Shown here piece by piece: positions 49,023 to 58,656 of a DNA stretch of 64,000 nucleotides. Position numbers and translations under genes: made by a program. The first letter of the stretch is position 1. Each line of letters opens with the position of its first letter. The notes under the pieces were generated by a model, which worked only from the letters and a program-made list of their open reading frames with translations, had not been told where the DNA came from and did no database searches. Source of the stretch: a bacterium (GTDB taxonomy: Bacteria; Hinthialibacterota; Hinthialibacteria; Hinthialibacterales; Hinthialibacteraceae); contig CAXXMV010000001.1 of the NCBI GenBank assembly GCA_963662285.2, positions 544,001-608,000 on the forward strand, written 5' to 3'.

Positions 49023-49907
49023 GTGAAATCTTATCTGGATTGCATCCCCTGTTTTATACGACAGTCGCTTGATTCGGTTCGTAGAGTTTCCAACGATGAA
49101 AACATACACCAAGAGGTGCTGCGCAGCATCCTGTCTAAAACTAGCAACATGGACTTGAGTGAATCTCCACCGAGTATGGCGCAATTCATCCATCGGTTGA
49201 TCCGCGAAAAAACGGGAGTGGCCGATCCGTACAGGGAAATCAAACAATATTTCAACCGCGAAATTATGGCCATGTTCGACGACCTGAAATCGCGCATCAA
49301 TCAATCCAGCGATCCACTGGAAACGGCTGTACGTCTGGCTATTGCAGGTAACATCATCGATTTGGGCGCCCGCAACCAGGTCAATCAACATATCATTCAA
49401 GACGCCATAGATCATGCATTAAACAATCCATTGTTGTGGGACAAAGAGGAATTCGTCGCCGAAGTAGAGCAAGCCGAAACCATTCTTTACCTGGCTGATA
49501 ACGCTGGCGAGATTGTTTTCGATTGGCTGTTGATTGAGCAACTCCCTGTGCAGAAAATAACTGTAGTGGTGCGTGGTTATCCCACCTTGAATGACGTAAC
49601 GCTGGCGGATGCACAAGAGATCGGCTTAGACAAGATCGTACAGGTCATTGACAATGGATCGGATGCGCCCGGTACTATTCTGCATGATTGTTCCATAGAG
49701 TTCGTCGAACGATTTAACCAGGCATCTCTAATAATTTCCAAAGGACAGGGCAACTACGAAACTCTCAGCGATGTTGATAAAGATATTTTCTTCATGCTCA
49801 AAGCAAAATGCCCTGTCATCGCTGATGATATCGGTTGCCAGGTGGGCGACATGGTTTTTCAACGTTCTTCATCTCATTTATATTCACAACAAATCTTCAC
49901 TAAGTAG
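49023..49907 (+). CDS. ARMT1-like DUF89 damage-control phosphatase
   Basis: CIPC, DPY, GNIIDLG, DNAGEIVFD, ND, KGQGNYETL, KC. Confidence 0.88.
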   Translation: MKSYLDCIPCFIRQSLDSVRRVSNDENIHQEVLRSILSKTSNMDLSESPPSMAQFIHRLIREKTGVADPYREIKQYFNREIMAMFDDLKSRINQSSDPLETAVRLAIAGNIIDLGARNQVNQHIIQDAIDHALNNPLLWDKEEFVAEVEQAETILYLADNAGEIVFDWLLIEQLPVQKITVVVRGYPTLNDVTLADAQEIGLDKIVQVIDNGSDAPGTILHDCSIEFVERFNQASLIISKGQGNYETLSDVDKDIFFMLKAKCPVIADDIGCQVGDMVFQRSSSHLYSQQIFTK

Positions 49908-49914
49908 GTGTATT

Positions 49915-50526
49915 ATGAAAATCGCAATTACAGCTCAACAACCATCCATTGATTCAAATATAGACCCCCGTTTAGGACGATGCGCATATCTAGTCATCGC
50001 CGATCTCGATCAGGGAACTCACGATATAATAGAAAATCCGAACACTGCCGCCTCCAGCGGCGCCGGCATCCAAACCGCGCGTCTCCTGGCCGAAAAAGGC
50101 GTAAAGGCCATACTGACCGGCAACTGTGGACCCAACGCGCATACCACGCTCACCGCAGCTGGTATTGATGTTATTGTCGGAGTTTCAGGCTTGATTTCTG
50201 ACGCTATTGAGCAATTCAAATCCAATGCTTTCACTCCGGTTAATGAACCAAATGTAAGTTCTCATGCTGGTATGGCTGATAACCAGACAGCGGCCAATAT
50301 TCCAAATCCTCCACCACTGCCCGAAGCAAATAATCCTTCAATTAATCAAGCAGGCAGTATGGGCGGTGGACAAGGCATGGGCGGTGGACAAGGCATGGGC
50401 GGCGGACAAGGCATGGGCGGCGGACGCGGCATGGGCGGCGGGCGCGGCATGGGCGGCGGACGAGGCATGGGCGGCGGACGCGGCATGGGCGGCGGACGTG
50501 GCATGGGCGGCGGAAGAAATAGGTAA
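49915..50526 (+). CDS. NifB/NifX family protein with Gly-rich tail
   Basis: DPRLGRC, GAGIQTA, TGNCGPNA; ATG at 49915 after AGGTG RBS. Confidence 0.85.
   Translation: MKIAITAQQPSIDSNIDPRLGRCAYLVIADLDQGTHDIIENPNTAASSGAGIQTARLLAEKGVKAILTGNCGPNAHTTLTAAGIDVIVGVSGLISDAIEQFKSNAFTPVNEPNVSSHAGMADNQTAANIPNPPPLPEANNPSINQAGSMGGGQGMGGGQGMGGGQGMGGGRGMGGGRGMGGGRGMGGGRGMGGGRGMGGGRNR
50359..50520 (+). repeat. Coding tandem repeat 9 x 18 nt (MGGG[Q/R]G)
   Basis: ATGGGCGG[TC]GG[AG]C[AG]NGGC units. Confidence 0.9.
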
Positions 50527-50550
50527 TTAATCCTTAATTATTCACCTGAT

Positions 50551-50589
50551 GGGCGCCAAGGGCAAGACCGCATTGCGTCCAGCCCTTGA
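50551..50589 (+). repeat. REP-like palindrome, family A variant
   Basis: GGGCGCCAAGGGCAAGACCGCATTGCGTCCAGCCCTTGA. Confidence 0.7.
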
Positions 50590-50706
50590 TCAAGCCGCCT
50601 AATATAAGGTGAGGGCGATTCTAAAATAATTGGTTGATCTATTACTTATTTTTAATGTCGGGTATTTAACATAGGTTTTTATAAATATCAGTTACAAGAG
50701 ACTAAC

Positions 50707-51573
50707 ATGAAAATTGCAGTTGCCAGCGGAAAAGGCGGAACAGGCAAGACAACCATTTCCACTAATCTAGCTTACGAAGAAGCCAAAAGAGGGCGTCGGG
50801 TCACTTATGCTGATTGTGATGTAGAAGAACCAAACGGTCATTTATTCCTGAAGCCCATCATCAATTCATCCCAACCTGTTGGAATCATGGTTCCGGTCGT
50901 CGATGAAGACAAATGCAGCAATTGCGGACTATGCGGAGAAATCTGCGCTTACAGCGCCATTGTATGTTTGAGTGAGAAGGTTCTTACCTTCCCTGATATG
51001 TGTCATTCATGCGGAGGATGTTGGCTGGTTTGCCCTGAGCAAGCCATTTCTCAAACCTTGCGCGAAATGGGACGGGTTGAAACTGGACATTCAAATGCCA
51101 TTCAATTCGTACAAGGCATCCTGAATATCGGCGAGGCCATGAGTCCACCCGTCATCCGGGCGGTTAAGCAACATCTTCCCGAATCAGACATCGTTATACT
51201 CGACGCCCCTCCAGGGACATCCTGCCCGGTGATTGAAACTCTTAACGGCAGCGATTACGTAATCCTGGTCACTGAACCGACGCCGTTTGGTTTGAATGAC
51301 TTGATTCTGGCGGTCGACATGGTACGCGCATTACGTTATCCCTTTGGCGTCGTTATCAATCGAGCTGATCTGGGTAATAACGCCGTGCGGCAATACTGCC
51401 AGCGGCAAGATATTACCTTGCTTGCCGAAATTCCCGATAACCGCCGCATAGCCGAGTTCTATTCCAGGGGCGCATTAATCAGTGAGGCCATCCCGGAATA
51501 CGGTATTGTTTTTGAACAGATCATGGATCGCATTGTACGCGAAGTAGAAAACGCCGGGGTATCGTCATCATGA
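50707..51573 (+). CDS. MinD/CbiA-superfamily P-loop ATPase with inserted 2x[4Fe-4S] ferredoxin
   Basis: SGKGGTGKT, DCDVEEPN, CSNCGLC/CHSCGGC, DAPPGTSC. Confidence 0.9.
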   Translation: MKIAVASGKGGTGKTTISTNLAYEEAKRGRRVTYADCDVEEPNGHLFLKPIINSSQPVGIMVPVVDEDKCSNCGLCGEICAYSAIVCLSEKVLTFPDMCHSCGGCWLVCPEQAISQTLREMGRVETGHSNAIQFVQGILNIGEAMSPPVIRAVKQHLPESDIVILDAPPGTSCPVIETLNGSDYVILVTEPTPFGLNDLILAVDMVRALRYPFGVVINRADLGNNAVRQYCQRQDITLLAEIPDNRRIAEFYSRGALISEAIPEYGIVFEQIMDRIVREVENAGVSSS

Positions 51574-52523
51574 AAGAAATAGTTGTCATCAGCGGTAAAG
51601 GCGGAACCGGCAAAACCTCATTAGTAGCATCATTCGCAGCCCTGGCCTCAAAAACCGTATTGGCTGACTGTGATGTAGATGCCGCCGACCTGCATCTCAT
51701 TCTTAACCCGGAAATATTCTGGAAAGAGAAATTCTCCGGAGGTTCCAGAGCGCGAATCCTTCCCGGACATTGCACGGCATGCGGTAAATGCGAAGAGATA
51801 TGCCGTTTCGACGCCATCTTTTTTGACGGTCAGGGAAACGGGGTGCAGGATAAAACCTTCCGTATTGATCCCATCGCTTGTGAAGGATGCGGAGTCTGCG
51901 CCTGGTTCTGCGCCGAAAAGGCTATAGAGTTCGCCCCATCCATTAATGGAGAGTGGTATAAATCAGATACCCGCTTTGGTCCACTGATTCACGCCCGCCT
52001 GGGAGTTGCTGAAGAAAATTCCGGCAAACTGGTCTCATTGGTTCGCAAGGAAGCCCAACAAATCGCTGAAGAAAGAAAACTTGACCTGGTTATCATTGAT
52101 GGATCGCCGGGTATTGGTTGTCCAGTTATTGCCTCAGTCACCGGCGCTGACCTGGCCGTCATTGTAACCGAACCAACCCTCAGCGGATTGCATGACCTCA
52201 AGCGGGTCGCCGCTCTAACTAAACAGTTCGGCATCACTACTATGGTATGCATTAATAAATGGGATATCAATCCCGAAATTTCTACTGCCATTGAAAACCA
52301 GGCCCTGGAATCAGGTTTTATAGTCGGTGGCCGCATCCGCTATGACAAGGCGGTTACGCTAGCGCAAATTCAAAAAAAATCCATCGTCGAATATCAATCG
52401 GATGGAATAGCCCAGGACATCAAAGATATCTGGTCGAAAATTGCTATGCAATTACCAAATACCATACGATCCACAATAACCAGGATTCCATCAGAATTAT
52501 CGAATGCTCAACCAAACAATTAA
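51570..52523 (+). CDS. MinD/CbiA-superfamily P-loop ATPase with inserted ferredoxin (paralog)
   Basis: SGKGGTGKT, DCDVDAAD, CTACGKC/CEGCGVC, DGSPGIGC. Confidence 0.9.
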   Translation: MKEIVVISGKGGTGKTSLVASFAALASKTVLADCDVDAADLHLILNPEIFWKEKFSGGSRARILPGHCTACGKCEEICRFDAIFFDGQGNGVQDKTFRIDPIACEGCGVCAWFCAEKAIEFAPSINGEWYKSDTRFGPLIHARLGVAEENSGKLVSLVRKEAQQIAEERKLDLVIIDGSPGIGCPVIASVTGADLAVIVTEPTLSGLHDLKRVAALTKQFGITTMVCINKWDINPEISTAIENQALESGFIVGGRIRYDKAVTLAQIQKKSIVEYQSDGIAQDIKDIWSKIAMQLPNTIRSTITRIPSELSNAQPNN

Positions 52524-52575
52524 ATGTAACATCATATAATCAAAAAAGAATCAGGGAAAAATAGGAGACTTAAAA

Positions 52576-52914
52576 ATGAAAATTGCTATCCCCTTAGCCG
52601 ACGGTAAATTATGCGCTCATTTCGGCCATTGCCAGGAATTTGCTTTAGTTGAAGTTGATCAAGAGGCCAAAACCATAACTGGTCAAGCACGCCATACGCC
52701 GCCGCCTCACGAACCCGGCGTCTTGCCGCAGTGGCTGCATGAGTTAGGCGCCAACGTCATTATTGCCGGAGGTATGGGACAACGGGCGCATACGCTTTTC
52801 GCTCAAAATGATATCAGCGTTGTAGTTGGCGCCTCCGCTGATTCACCCGAAAACCTTGTCACCCAATATTTGAGCGAAACCCTTAAAACCGGCGATAACT
52901 TGTGCGACCACTAG
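52576..52914 (+). CDS. NifB/NifX family protein
   Basis: HFGHC, PPPHEPG, IIAGGMG, NLCDH. Confidence 0.88.
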   Translation: MKIAIPLADGKLCAHFGHCQEFALVEVDQEAKTITGQARHTPPPHEPGVLPQWLHELGANVIIAGGMGQRAHTLFAQNDISVVVGASADSPENLVTQYLSETLKTGDNLCDH

Positions 52915-52949
52915 TACTATGTCCAACTCATAATGTCGCGTAACAAAGT

Positions 52950-53022
52950 CCCCTCTCCCTCTGCATGTAGGGCGCGCCCCTTGTGGGCGCCCGAAATTTT
53001 CATAAGCATCAGAGTGAGGGGG
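52950..53022 (+). repeat. Family C repeat with an embedded GTAG-type REP hairpin
   Basis: CCCCTCTCCC...GTAGGGCGCGCCCCTTGTGGGCGCCC...AGAGTGAGGGGG. Confidence 0.5.
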
Positions 53023-53099
53023 AAAATCAAAGCAACTCCCGACAAAGCGTGATAATAAACGAACATAATTTTAATAATCGCTTTAACTGGAGCACAAAT

Positions 53100-53756
53100 A
53101 TGAAACTTAAAACCACCCGATTATTAATCCTCTGTTCTGGAGCGCTTTTGATTATTCTGGCTTTTTATCCACGGCCAGCAACTACGAATACGGTAGAACA
53201 CGATATTGCTTCTCTATCGAACGGGATGAATCCTGCTATGAACCAAATCTTAAATCAGCAATCAACCAAATCAACAGACGGGATTGTTTCTCCGGCAAAA
53301 GATAAAGTTCAGTCTTTTACCTTTAGCCCGATTGGAATAGTTCATTCTCCTTACTCCAAGGATAAGCGGCCTCCACGGCAGGGGCGCTTGGCGCCGGATG
53401 TTCCCGCGAAAATTGAGATATACCGGGAATTTCAGGAAGGTTTGGAAGGTCTGGAGAGTTGTGATTACATTATTGTTCTGTTTGTTTTCGACCAAAGCCA
53501 GGGGTGGCATGCCAAAGTCACCCCTCCCGGCGCCAGTCATTCCAGAGGAGTTTTCTCCACCCGCTCGCCCAACAGACCATGCCCCATTGGTATGACCCTT
53601 GTCCGACTGGACAAAATTGAAGGCCGCATTCTTCACATTTCCGGCATTGATGCATTCGATCAAACGCCTATTCTAGATATTAAACCTTATGTCAAAAGCA
53701 TAGATTCACTTGCAGGCGATACAGAGAAAGTCGAAAAAGAACTAGGATTAAAATAA
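53100..53756 (+). CDS. tsaA: TrmO/TsaA family SAM-binding protein with N-terminal hydrophobic extension
   Basis: PIGIVHSPY, PRQG, GVFSTRSPNRPCPIG, GIDAFDQTPILDIKPY; GGAG RBS before ATG 53100. Confidence 0.82.
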   Translation: MKLKTTRLLILCSGALLIILAFYPRPATTNTVEHDIASLSNGMNPAMNQILNQQSTKSTDGIVSPAKDKVQSFTFSPIGIVHSPYSKDKRPPRQGRLAPDVPAKIEIYREFQEGLEGLESCDYIIVLFVFDQSQGWHAKVTPPGASHSRGVFSTRSPNRPCPIGMTLVRLDKIEGRILHISGIDAFDQTPILDIKPYVKSIDSLAGDTEKVEKELGLK

Positions 53757-53784
53757 GCCAGTCGGAAATTTTTGGGAATCAGTC

Positions 53785-54633
53785 ATGAATAAGAATAATA
53801 TCCATATCCAAGTCTTAGTAGAAAACACCGCAACAGGTAAAGCCATACTGGCTGAACATGGGCTATCTTTTTTTATCAAAAAAGATAGCCATTTATTTCT
53901 GTTCGATACCGGACAAGGATTCGTACTATCCAATAACGCGGCAAAGTTTGATATTGATTTACAACAGATCGAAGCGATTGTCTTGAGCCATGGACATCAT
54001 GATCATTGCGGTGGTCTACGCTTCTTCGCCGATGCCGGTAATCAAACCAGGATTTTTGCTCATCCCGCAGCTTTTCAGCCAAAATTCTCCAAAACAAATC
54101 AAGGCCGTACATATCCGGTTGGTATGGAGTCAGTTATCGAACAGCATATTCCTCAATTTATGCAACGTACAACCTTCACCGAAGGGCCTACCGAAATCAT
54201 AGATGGAGTATGGATTACTGGATATGTTCCCAAAAATAACGACTTCGAGAAATCTTCCGGACCTTTCTTTTTGGATCAACAATGCCAGCAGACGGATCAA
54301 TTAATTGACGATCAATCCATGTTTTTCATAACGCCTCAAGGAGTAGTAGTTCTGCTGGGTTGCGCTCATGCTGGAATCATCAATACCCTGCAATACATCC
54401 AAAGCCAGACCGGCAACCTTCCATTCCATTACGTCATCGGTGGAACCCATTTAGTAAACGCCTCTCCAGAACGCATACTCCGCACTATACAGGAATTGCG
54501 TAAACTTAACGTCCAGCATATAGCGCCATGTCATTGCACTGGACTCCCGGCCATACTGGCGCTGCATAACGCATTCCAGCAACAATGCACTGCATGCAAA
54601 GTTGGGACTGCTTATGATTTTGAATTGATTTAG
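53785..54633 (+). CDS. MBL-fold metallo-hydrolase
   Basis: AEHGLS, FDTG, SHGHHDHCGG, GCAHAG, GGTH, PCHCTG. Confidence 0.88.
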   Translation: MNKNNIHIQVLVENTATGKAILAEHGLSFFIKKDSHLFLFDTGQGFVLSNNAAKFDIDLQQIEAIVLSHGHHDHCGGLRFFADAGNQTRIFAHPAAFQPKFSKTNQGRTYPVGMESVIEQHIPQFMQRTTFTEGPTEIIDGVWITGYVPKNNDFEKSSGPFFLDQQCQQTDQLIDDQSMFFITPQGVVVLLGCAHAGIINTLQYIQSQTGNLPFHYVIGGTHLVNASPERILRTIQELRKLNVQHIAPCHCTGLPAILALHNAFQQQCTACKVGTAYDFELI

Positions 54634-54636
54634 ATT

Positions 54637-55107
54637 ATGGAAAACTATGTAAGAACCATCAGAAAAGCAATAGGCGCTGAGAAAATATTCGTCCCCGGCG
54701 TTAGAGGAATTATTGTAACCCAGAAGGAAGAGATTCTGTTACAACTGAGAACCGATACATCCTCATGGGGGCTGCCCGCCGGATCGGTTGAGTTGAATGA
54801 GACGGCGCGCCAGGCGCTGATCCGCGAAATTAAAGAAGAGACCAACCTGGATGTTATATCCGCTGAACCCATGAGCCTGTCTTGCGGGCCTTCGCAACAA
54901 TGCACTTATCCCAATGGCGATTGTATACAATGTTTTGCACTGACTTTCGTTATTAGGGAGTGGGCAGGTCAACCGACGCCGGATATGGATGAAGGATCAG
55001 AACTTAAATTCTTTCCTCTATCGGATTTACCTGAAAACTTGATTGCCATCCATAAGGAGACCCTTGAAGATTATGTCCGTTATGATGGGAATTTTATTGT
55101 ACTCTAG
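54637..55107 (+). CDS. Nudix hydrolase
   Basis: WGLPAGSVELNETARQALIREIKEETNL Nudix box. Confidence 0.9.
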   Translation: MENYVRTIRKAIGAEKIFVPGVRGIIVTQKEEILLQLRTDTSSWGLPAGSVELNETARQALIREIKEETNLDVISAEPMSLSCGPSQQCTYPNGDCIQCFALTFVIREWAGQPTPDMDEGSELKFFPLSDLPENLIAIHKETLEDYVRYDGNFIVL

Positions 55108-55136
55108 AAAATGATGGTATTGGAAAGATAACTGAG

Positions 55137-55751
55137 ATGACAGAATTACATGATCAAGTGCATTATTTAGAAAGCCATATAGGCGGTAAATGGATCGGCG
55201 TTAAATTCAATCCTCAAGCCAGCGGAGATAAAAAAAACACTGCACCGCAAATGCGGATTTGCGAAGCAATTAAAAAAGCAGCGAATGAACGCATTATTCT
55301 TCCGGTTGAGCAAATCAGCTGCCTGGGAGGGCAGTATAGCGTCGGCGCTTTATCGGATGATAAAGAATTAATCCAGCATGTTTGCGAAAATAATAATCTA
55401 GAATATAAACCGATGCAGCGCCTGATTCGTCAAAATCATACATTACAAAATATCCAGGCCATCGAGTTCGGCGATATAGATCAACCGGATGTAATCATTT
55501 CTTATTGCACTCCATATATTTCGATGCAGCTTATCCGGCTGTGGCAGACGCAATTTTACCGTGACATGCCTATGAAGATTTCCACTTTCTTGGCCACTTG
55601 CAGCAGTGTATTGGTGAAGGCATATACATCTAACCAGATATGTTTATCTATGGGTTGCGCTACATCGCGCGAAATGGGTTTGATCGCCGAAGATCAGTTA
55701 GTGATCGGGATTCCCTGTGGATTGCTGAAAGAGATGATTGAGAAGGAATGA
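55137..55751 (+). CDS. DUF169-like protein
   Basis: IGVKF, RICEA, SCLGG, PDVII, ATCS, SMGC..SR, LVIGIP pattern. Confidence 0.7.
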   Translation: MTELHDQVHYLESHIGGKWIGVKFNPQASGDKKNTAPQMRICEAIKKAANERIILPVEQISCLGGQYSVGALSDDKELIQHVCENNNLEYKPMQRLIRQNHTLQNIQAIEFGDIDQPDVIISYCTPYISMQLIRLWQTQFYRDMPMKISTFLATCSSVLVKAYTSNQICLSMGCATSREMGLIAEDQLVIGIPCGLLKEMIEKE

Positions 55752-55755
55752 AAAA

Positions 55756-56721
55756 ATGACTACCAATGAAGGCCAAGCAAAATCTGAAGTTAATCACGTT
55801 TTCGGGCCGGTTCCGTCACGCCGCTTAAAACGATCCCTGGGAATCGATCTGGTTCCTTATAAAACCTGTTCCTATGATTGCATCTATTGCCAGTTGGGCG
55901 TCACTACCGATAAAACTGTAACCCGGAAAGAATGGGTTTCCCTCGATTTGCTTTTAGAGCAGCTGCAACAGCGTTTGAGTGAGATTAGTACTCCACCTGA
56001 TTACATTACTTTGAGTGGATCAGGCGAGCCGACGCTTTATTCGCGGCTGGATGAGTTGATAGATGGGATTAAGAAGATAAGTTCGACGCCGATAGCACTG
56101 CTTACTAACGGCTCGTTGCTCTGGCAACCGGAGGTGCGTCAGCAGATACTAGATGTAGATTTAATTGTTCCTTCACTGGATATCGGAGACGAAAAGATGT
56201 TTCAAAATGTGAATCGTCCCCATGAATCAATTACATTTCCTAAAATGCTTGAGGGTTTGATAAAATTGCGGGAAGAATTCCATAACCAATATTGGTTGGA
56301 GGTTTTCCTGCTGGATGGTTACACTGCTCTACCAGCCGAAATCGATAAAATAATTGATTGCGTAAAGCAAATAAAACCCGACCGCGTGCAACTGAATACC
56401 GTCGAAAGACCTCCCGCTGAGGAATTCGCTTATGTGGTTCAGGCAAAGCATTTGCGGCAGATCGCCGGTTTGTTTGATCCCCCCGCAGAAGTTATCGCCG
56501 GATATCAAGGCGTCCCCGAAGAAGCATATTCCGGTCATCTGGATCAAGACATCATCACAATCCTAAAAAGGCGGCCATGCACTTTGAACGACATATCCAA
56601 TGTTTTAGGCGTACCGCATAACACCACGGTGAAATGTCTCTATCACCTTTCAAAAGAGAACAGAGTTGTTACTAAAAATATCAATGGACAAGTCTATTAT
56701 GATGATACGCCGGCGTCTTGA
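55756..56721 (+). CDS. Radical SAM protein (TYW1-like family) with C-terminal HTH
   Basis: VFGPVPSRRL..SLGID, CSYDCIYC, SGSGEPTL, LTNGSL. Confidence 0.9.
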   Translation: MTTNEGQAKSEVNHVFGPVPSRRLKRSLGIDLVPYKTCSYDCIYCQLGVTTDKTVTRKEWVSLDLLLEQLQQRLSEISTPPDYITLSGSGEPTLYSRLDELIDGIKKISSTPIALLTNGSLLWQPEVRQQILDVDLIVPSLDIGDEKMFQNVNRPHESITFPKMLEGLIKLREEFHNQYWLEVFLLDGYTALPAEIDKIIDCVKQIKPDRVQLNTVERPPAEEFAYVVQAKHLRQIAGLFDPPAEVIAGYQGVPEEAYSGHLDQDIITILKRRPCTLNDISNVLGVPHNTTVKCLYHLSKENRVVTKNINGQVYYDDTPAS

Positions 56722-57240
56722 TTATGCGCCAAGAAATTTATAAGAGACCAAGAAATCTACCGCCATCTTTTGAGGTCCAATAATAAAATCATTCTTCTGT
56801 AACAAACTTTCCAATATGTCGTTACATTTTTTCTTTGATATTGCGTTGCCAACATAAAGGTCTCGCAATACCATTGCGAGATTCCCAAAATCGATTTTGG
56901 CATTCCTTGAATTTATTGCTAAGAGTTTGTCTCCGGTAATGATCCTCAATTGATGATGGACGCCGCACGCAAATACTAAACTATCTATTCCTGCTAATTT
57001 TGGGCTTAATTTTGCTTTGACTAATATTTGCGATAGTTGTTTAGGGGAAGGTAGTTCCCTGATTTCTACAAATCCTCTTATTCTATCAGATGTTTCGGCC
57101 AACAAGTTATCTTCTGTCAGGCATTCTTCAATAGCATATATACCTTTAAAATACTTTTTGAAATCACCATGATCCACCAGAATGTGATCTAAGGTGATTA
57201 ATGAACAAGTATCAAAAAGAGTGTTATGCCACCATTTCAC
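56722..57240 (-). CDS. PIN-domain-like protein
   Basis: LFDTCSLI N-terminal Asp, IEEC, GIDS, ITGDKLL; overlaps the upstream XRE/ImmA gene by 17 nt. Confidence 0.65.
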   Translation of the reverse strand: MKWWHNTLFDTCSLITLDHILVDHGDFKKYFKGIYAIEECLTEDNLLAETSDRIRGFVEIRELPSPKQLSQILVKAKLSPKLAGIDSLVFACGVHHQLRIITGDKLLAINSRNAKIDFGNLAMVLRDLYVGNAISKKKCNDILESLLQKNDFIIGPQKMAVDFLVSYKFLGA

Positions 57241-58384
57241 TTTTATTATTAAGCCACCTTCCGGTCATTTCTTGGGCTTCATCAATTCTTATCTGAAACA
57301 TCTCTGCAACTTTAGACACGGAAATTTCTTCGTTGATGAAAGCAGCGTATATTAATCTCCCGAAACGATAAGATTTATTTAATGTACTAACTTGAATTGG
57401 CTCTGGCTCCAAGTTTTCCATTATAGTTTTAACTCGAATGCCTAGTTTGCGTTTAACTTCTACAATCAATGCCTTATACGTAATCGTGGTTAAACTTTCC
57501 TGCGTAAGACGCCTGAATAAACACCAAAAACTAACGCCAAAATAGCGTTTCAATAAAACTAAAGCATTAAAAACAGGAAGCCGATTAAGATGCTCCTGCT
57601 GCCAAATGCGATAGAGTTCATTTCGAGGAACCAGGAAATATCCTGCAAATATATCGGCTTCTTTTTCATAATCACGGTCATTTTCTGTATCATCCGGCTT
57701 ATTAGTAAATAGGTGTGGATGCAATACCAAATGACCCAATTCATGCGCGACGCTAAAGATGGTTCTTTCCACTGCACGGTCACGATCACGAATCATCATT
57801 AATGCCATATCATCATATAACACACTCAATGCATCAATTCCACTTTGATTCGATTTAAAGAAAAGCGGTCTGATTCCAATATTTTCAAGAAATTTAGATA
57901 TATTTTGGTAGTTAATACCTTCTCCACCGCATTTTTCTTTTACTTCGCAAGCCGCATTTTCTAACCATCTATCAGGATTCTCCTTTGCTTCTGGAGACAA
58001 ATCGCATTGAGGTATTTTGATTTGAATCTTCGAGTTTCTTATTTCCTCAATCTCAATATAAGAATTCAAATATTTTCTCGCCATTGCGATAATCTTGGGA
58101 TCGCTTTTTAATTTCTTATGTGCACGGAAAGCAAATTTAGGCGCCTGTTCCGATTGCTTCTCGGAAAACATATCCATAATGCTGCAACCGAGAGTATTAA
58201 CAATTTTCACCAAATCTTTACTGTTAGGTTCAGTCCTTCCATTCTCGTAATTAACAATAGTATTCCGGTTTACTCCAATAGCTCGCGCTAATTGGATTTG
58301 CGTTAAACCAATACTCTCTCTCTGGAATTTAATTCTCCTACTAATATCTATATTTGTATCGTCCAATTCCTCCGTGATTCCCAT
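57224..58384 (-). CDS. XRE-family HTH fused to ImmA/IrrE (peptidase M78, COG2856) domain
   Basis: RESIGLTQIQLARAIGVNRNTIVNYENG HTH; FSVAHELGHLVLH HExxH; EKEADIFAGYFLVP. GGAG RBS before ATG 58384 (ORF track 58438). Confidence 0.9.
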   Translation of the reverse strand: MGITEELDDTNIDISRRIKFQRESIGLTQIQLARAIGVNRNTIVNYENGRTEPNSKDLVKIVNTLGCSIMDMFSEKQSEQAPKFAFRAHKKLKSDPKIIAMARKYLNSYIEIEEIRNSKIQIKIPQCDLSPEAKENPDRWLENAACEVKEKCGGEGINYQNISKFLENIGIRPLFFKSNQSGIDALSVLYDDMALMMIRDRDRAVERTIFSVAHELGHLVLHPHLFTNKPDDTENDRDYEKEADIFAGYFLVPRNELYRIWQQEHLNRLPVFNALVLLKRYFGVSFWCLFRRLTQESLTTITYKALIVEVKRKLGIRVKTIMENLEPEPIQVSTLNKSYRFGRLIYAAFINEEISVSKVAEMFQIRIDEAQEMTGRWLNNKSEMVA

Positions 58385-58450
58385 GATCCTACTCCGTTTT
58401 CTGACAATCGTCCCGCCATATTCTCCCTTATTATGCATAATACTTTGTTC

Positions 58451-58478
58451 ATTTTACAGACAATTAGGTTTGAGTCAA
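58451..58478 (-). promoter_or_regulatory. sigma70 promoter of the XRE/ImmA-PIN operon
   Basis: Minus strand TTGACT-16 nt-TAAAAT. Confidence 0.6.
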
Positions 58479-58523
58479 TACTATATGCACAAATATTTGT
58501 GCATATAGTATTGACTCAAACCT
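58466..58523. repeat. Perfect 58-bp spacerless palindrome
   Basis: AGGTTTGAGTCAATACTATATGCACAAAT|ATTTGTGCATATAGTATTGACTCAAACCT. Confidence 0.9.
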
Positions 58524-58656
58524 CCTACTTGATTCTGGATTTTTCGAATAGCGAATCAGAATGCTTTTATCAAGAACCATTCTATTTCCCTATATTCCCT
58601 CTCATTCCCCAAAAAAAACCTATTGTTTTTGTCATATAGGCTAGTATAATTAATAC

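Noticed and set aside
48244-52914. Nitrogen fixation cluster
   Set aside because: NifB/NifX-family domains only; no nifHDK/ENB, and the ATPases are MinD/CbiA type
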